A DNA stretch of 64,000 nucleotides from the IMG/VR virus record IMGVR_UViG_3300036770_007283; one strand, written 5' to 3'. This DNA comes from a virus. Taxonomy: Duplodnaviria; Caudoviricetes. The translations under genes and the position numbers were made by a program. Positions 61,671-64,000 of this stretch are shown piece after piece (the first letter of the stretch is position 1; the number at the start of each line of letters is the position of its first letter). The notes under the pieces are model-generated. The model was given only the letters and a program-made list of their open reading frames with translations. It was not told the origin of the DNA and did no database searches.

Positions 61671-63707
61671 CTATTTATCAATATTAATTTTTTGCAAATC
61701 TAATGGATAAGTATAAATTATATCAGTCTTATCCATTCTCTTTAAAGATACTTTCTGTCTACCAAATTTTCTGTTAAATATTTTTTCTCTAGAAACATTT
61801 AATACTTCATATATAAATTCAATATCATTTGTAAAATCGAACCTGACTATTAAATCTCTATCTCGTATGGTTGGTGTAGCCAAAGTCCAAATGTGCGGAT
61901 CGAAATTTTGACTTAAGTTATCTTTATCACCATACTTAACATTTTCAGGTGATTCATCAAATGATACTAAAATCCTTCTATCATTTCTTCTTGGATACAT
62001 ATATTGAAGATAACCACCCTCGTAACCGGTGCCATAACAATCCTGACAAGATCTAATTTTAGGGCTAACTTTTCTAGCATTCATGCAACTACAAGTGACC
62101 CCGTCCCAGATTCTCTTCAAAAGAACAACTGGTTCACCCGTAGTTTGTAGCAAAACTTCTTCACGACCCAACATTCTATCGTATAAATTAAAACCTCTAA
62201 ATCCGTTATATTCTCCGCCTAAATAGCTTCCACAGTCACGCTTTCCAGTTAATGTATTAATAGGTTGCTCATCACGCCAACTACAATAATCAAAACCCTC
62301 AAAGCTTTCTTTATCTACATCGTTATAATCTGTGACCACCACACCAATACCTTTAATAAACCTATCAATCTTTTCATCACCTTGGTGGGTTGGTGTTCCG
62401 GCGATTATAACAGTATTTCTATCAGTACATTCTAAAAATAATTTAACACTATCACCAACAACATAAGGTACTGGCTTACTACCCAATAAAGCCCGACCAT
62501 TAGAAGGAATATTGAAAATATTGTTTGTACGATCTATTGAAGTATATCTAATTGCTTCTTTGCCAATCAATATTATTCCAGCATTTGGATAACCTGTTGT
62601 AGAATTTACCTTAATTTTTAAACTACCAGGATTGACGGCCTCTACCACTTCAACCGAAGATGGGATTCTATAAAAATCAGGTGAGACAATCTCCATACCC
62701 GTAGGGTCTAAGATGCCAATTGGAAACTCTAATGCTCTAGCGCCAAAAGAAAGTGTATCGCCAGTTTTTAAACCAGGAACTTTGCTTTCTAAAACATCTG
62801 AAGTAGAGATGTAAGTTGGAGAATCAAACACCTTTAATCTATAATCACTTTGGTAAACAAGAACATAGGCTTGATTTTGATAGGTTCTTTTTATAGGCTT
62901 ATTCCATCTTAACTCAAGCGTAGAGCCATCACCAATATCAGTTACCTTCTGAATACCTTGGAAAAAGCCAAGGAACTCTATCTGGGGAAAGGTTAATGGT
63001 AAAACCTCTTCTTTTTTATTTACTTCAAAATCTATGAATGAGGATAAAGTATTTCCTAACAAATCTGAAGCTTTAAAAGATAATTTATATTTTCCATTTT
63101 TAAGTGCTTCCAAGGGATCCACCCTGGCGGTTACAGTAGTACCGCTAGTAACCACCTCTGAAAAGCCACCATTATAATTGGTAACAATAACACCATTATC
63201 AATGTATTTTAATCCATTTATCAATACAGTGATGGAGCTAGGATCTACACCCTCCACAATATCTTCAAATTCTAAAGATAAAATTTGTGGTGTTGTCAAA
63301 ATATCTTTGTTTTTTGGACTGCTATCTAGAAGGATGGGTTCTTTTGGTACCGTCTTGAAGGCATAGTTAAAGTTGAAAAATTTAGGATTTATACCTTGTT
63401 GTATTTCTATGTCTTCTAACTTTTCTTTGCACTGTACTTTTACTTCATACACACCACCTAATGAAAGTGGCAAAACTGGCTCTATTATGATAGTATATGT
63501 ATTATCAGCATAAGTAAGGGAGGAGCTTGGACCATTATAAGCTTGACTAAATATAGAGTTTTTAATTGCTTCAACACCAGAAATAAGAACTGTAATACTA
63601 TTTGGGTCAACTATTGTTTCATCTTCTAAAATAGATAACTCTATTAATGTATTAGGTGAAACTAATTTCTCTCCTGGTGATGGTGACTGACCGGTTAAGG
63701 TAATCAT
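61671..63707 (-). CDS. Head-closure/neck protein with N-terminal Ig-like and FN3 domains and a Zn-finger insertion
   Basis: C-terminal TGEPVVLLKRIWDGVTCSC...SCQDCYGTGYEGGY...WTLATPTIRDRDLIV resembles Zn-bearing head-closure proteins of large myophages. FN3 pattern TLELRWNKP...GLKTGDTLSFGARA. Two Big_5-like repeats at the N-terminus. Confidence 0.6.
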   Translation of the reverse strand: MITLTGQSPSPGEKLVSPNTLIELSILEDETIVDPNSITVLISGVEAIKNSIFSQAYNGPSSSLTYADNTYTIIIEPVLPLSLGGVYEVKVQCKEKLEDIEIQQGINPKFFNFNYAFKTVPKEPILLDSSPKNKDILTTPQILSLEFEDIVEGVDPSSITVLINGLKYIDNGVIVTNYNGGFSEVVTSGTTVTARVDPLEALKNGKYKLSFKASDLLGNTLSSFIDFEVNKKEEVLPLTFPQIEFLGFFQGIQKVTDIGDGSTLELRWNKPIKRTYQNQAYVLVYQSDYRLKVFDSPTYISTSDVLESKVPGLKTGDTLSFGARALEFPIGILDPTGMEIVSPDFYRIPSSVEVVEAVNPGSLKIKVNSTTGYPNAGIILIGKEAIRYTSIDRTNNIFNIPSNGRALLGSKPVPYVVGDSVKLFLECTDRNTVIIAGTPTHQGDEKIDRFIKGIGVVVTDYNDVDKESFEGFDYCSWRDEQPINTLTGKRDCGSYLGGEYNGFRGFNLYDRMLGREEVLLQTTGEPVVLLKRIWDGVTCSCMNARKVSPKIRSCQDCYGTGYEGGYLQYMYPRRNDRRILVSFDESPENVKYGDKDNLSQNFDPHIWTLATPTIRDRDLIVRFDFTNDIEFIYEVLNVSREKIFNRKFGRQKVSLKRMDKTDIIYTYPLDLQKINIDK

Positions 63708-63743
63708 ATTAGCTCCTCTATGTTATAGAAAAACTAATAATAG

Positions 63744-64000
63744 TTAATCTACCTTTTCCATTAATTCCTGTTTCTTATCCTCTACTTCTTTCTTTGGAAT
63801 TTCATGGAATTCTACTAGGTGCTCTGCATAATCTTCTGCTTCTTCTAAACCAATGTTATCTGCTTCATATTTTATTTGGTATTGAAAAGCTTCCAACTCA
63901 TCACCACGATCTAGGTACTCTTCGTCCTCCATCTCTTCTCGTCCAATATCTCTCATGTGTTGTAAGGCATGTACCAACTCATGGATGGCATATCTCATGA
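63744..64000 (-). CDS. HExxH zinc-metallopeptidase-like protein, 5' end probably outside the window
   Basis: RYAIHELVHALQH motif with a downstream DELEAF third-ligand-like segment. The frame is open to the window edge. Confidence 0.6.
   Translation of the reverse strand, partial: MRYAIHELVHALQHMRDIGREEMEDEEYLDRGDELEAFQYQIKYEADNIGLEEAEDYAEHLVEFHEIPKKEVEDKKQELMEKVD

Larger units (their letters stand above)
1..64000 (-). mobile_element. Segment of a jumbo myophage genome: neck, tail and baseplate morphogenesis module plus glycosyltransferase island
   Basis: Sheath, tube, chaperone, tape measure, hub, spike, gp25, baseplate J and head-closure-like genes occur in canonical phage order. All are on one strand with overlapping or abutting starts and stops. 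No bacterial housekeeping genes are present. Confidence 0.9.

Noticed and set aside
199-64000. All plus-strand ORFs in the track (e.g. 1648..2082, 26123..26530, 31210..31677, 52972..53535, 59400..59834, 60453..60836)
   Set aside because: They lie wholly or almost wholly antisense to long, motif-bearing minus-strand genes, have Ser/Ile/Leu/Phe-skewed shadow composition and show no family motifs.
1-64000. Interpretation as a bacterial extracellular contractile injection system (eCIS/tailocin) next to an LPS/EPS locus
   Set aside because: A head-closure-like gene, a frameshifting chaperone, an HNH insertion and single-strand dense packing point to a phage. No Afp15-like ATPase, Wzx/Wzy/ABC transporter or housekeeping gene is visible. 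A prophage origin cannot be strictly excluded from this window alone.
1-64000. tRNA, rRNA, CRISPR arrays
   Set aside because: Intergenic gaps are mostly under about 130 nt, and no cloverleaf or regularly spaced direct repeats were seen.

Overview
The window is a gene-dense, AT-rich segment (roughly 30-35% GC by eye) of an apparently uncultured jumbo phage with a contractile tail. Every credible gene is on the minus strand. Translation uses code 11, with TAA, TAG and TGA all serving as stops and AGGAG/GGAGG Shine-Dalgarno sites upstream of many genes. In transcription order (right to left) the genes are: a partial HExxH protein; an Ig/FN3-fused head-closure (neck) protein; a 2-TM membrane protein; two paralogous beta-helix fibre/appendage proteins; a tail terminator; a 1072-aa sheath; the tube, followed by an intrinsic terminator; a degenerate HNH/zinc-finger gene; a tail assembly chaperone; tape measure; tube initiator; hub; spike; two large unknown proteins; gp25-like wedge; baseplate J; a 3273-aa gpI/gp7-like LamG protein; and a dockerin-bearing fibre. 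The chaperone has a -1 programmed frameshift (A_AAA_AAC, 7-nt spacer, hairpin) into a 146-codon extension that the ORF track missed. Directly downstream of the fibre is a tandem island of at least eight GT-B glycosyltransferases plus a SAM methyltransferase, running off the left edge; one of the glycosyltransferases (1..964) was also missed by the ORF track. The leading hypothesis is a phage-encoded virion glycosylation and glycan-methylation pathway attached to a heavily decorated tail. All family assignments come from motif recognition and gene order only; no database searches were run.
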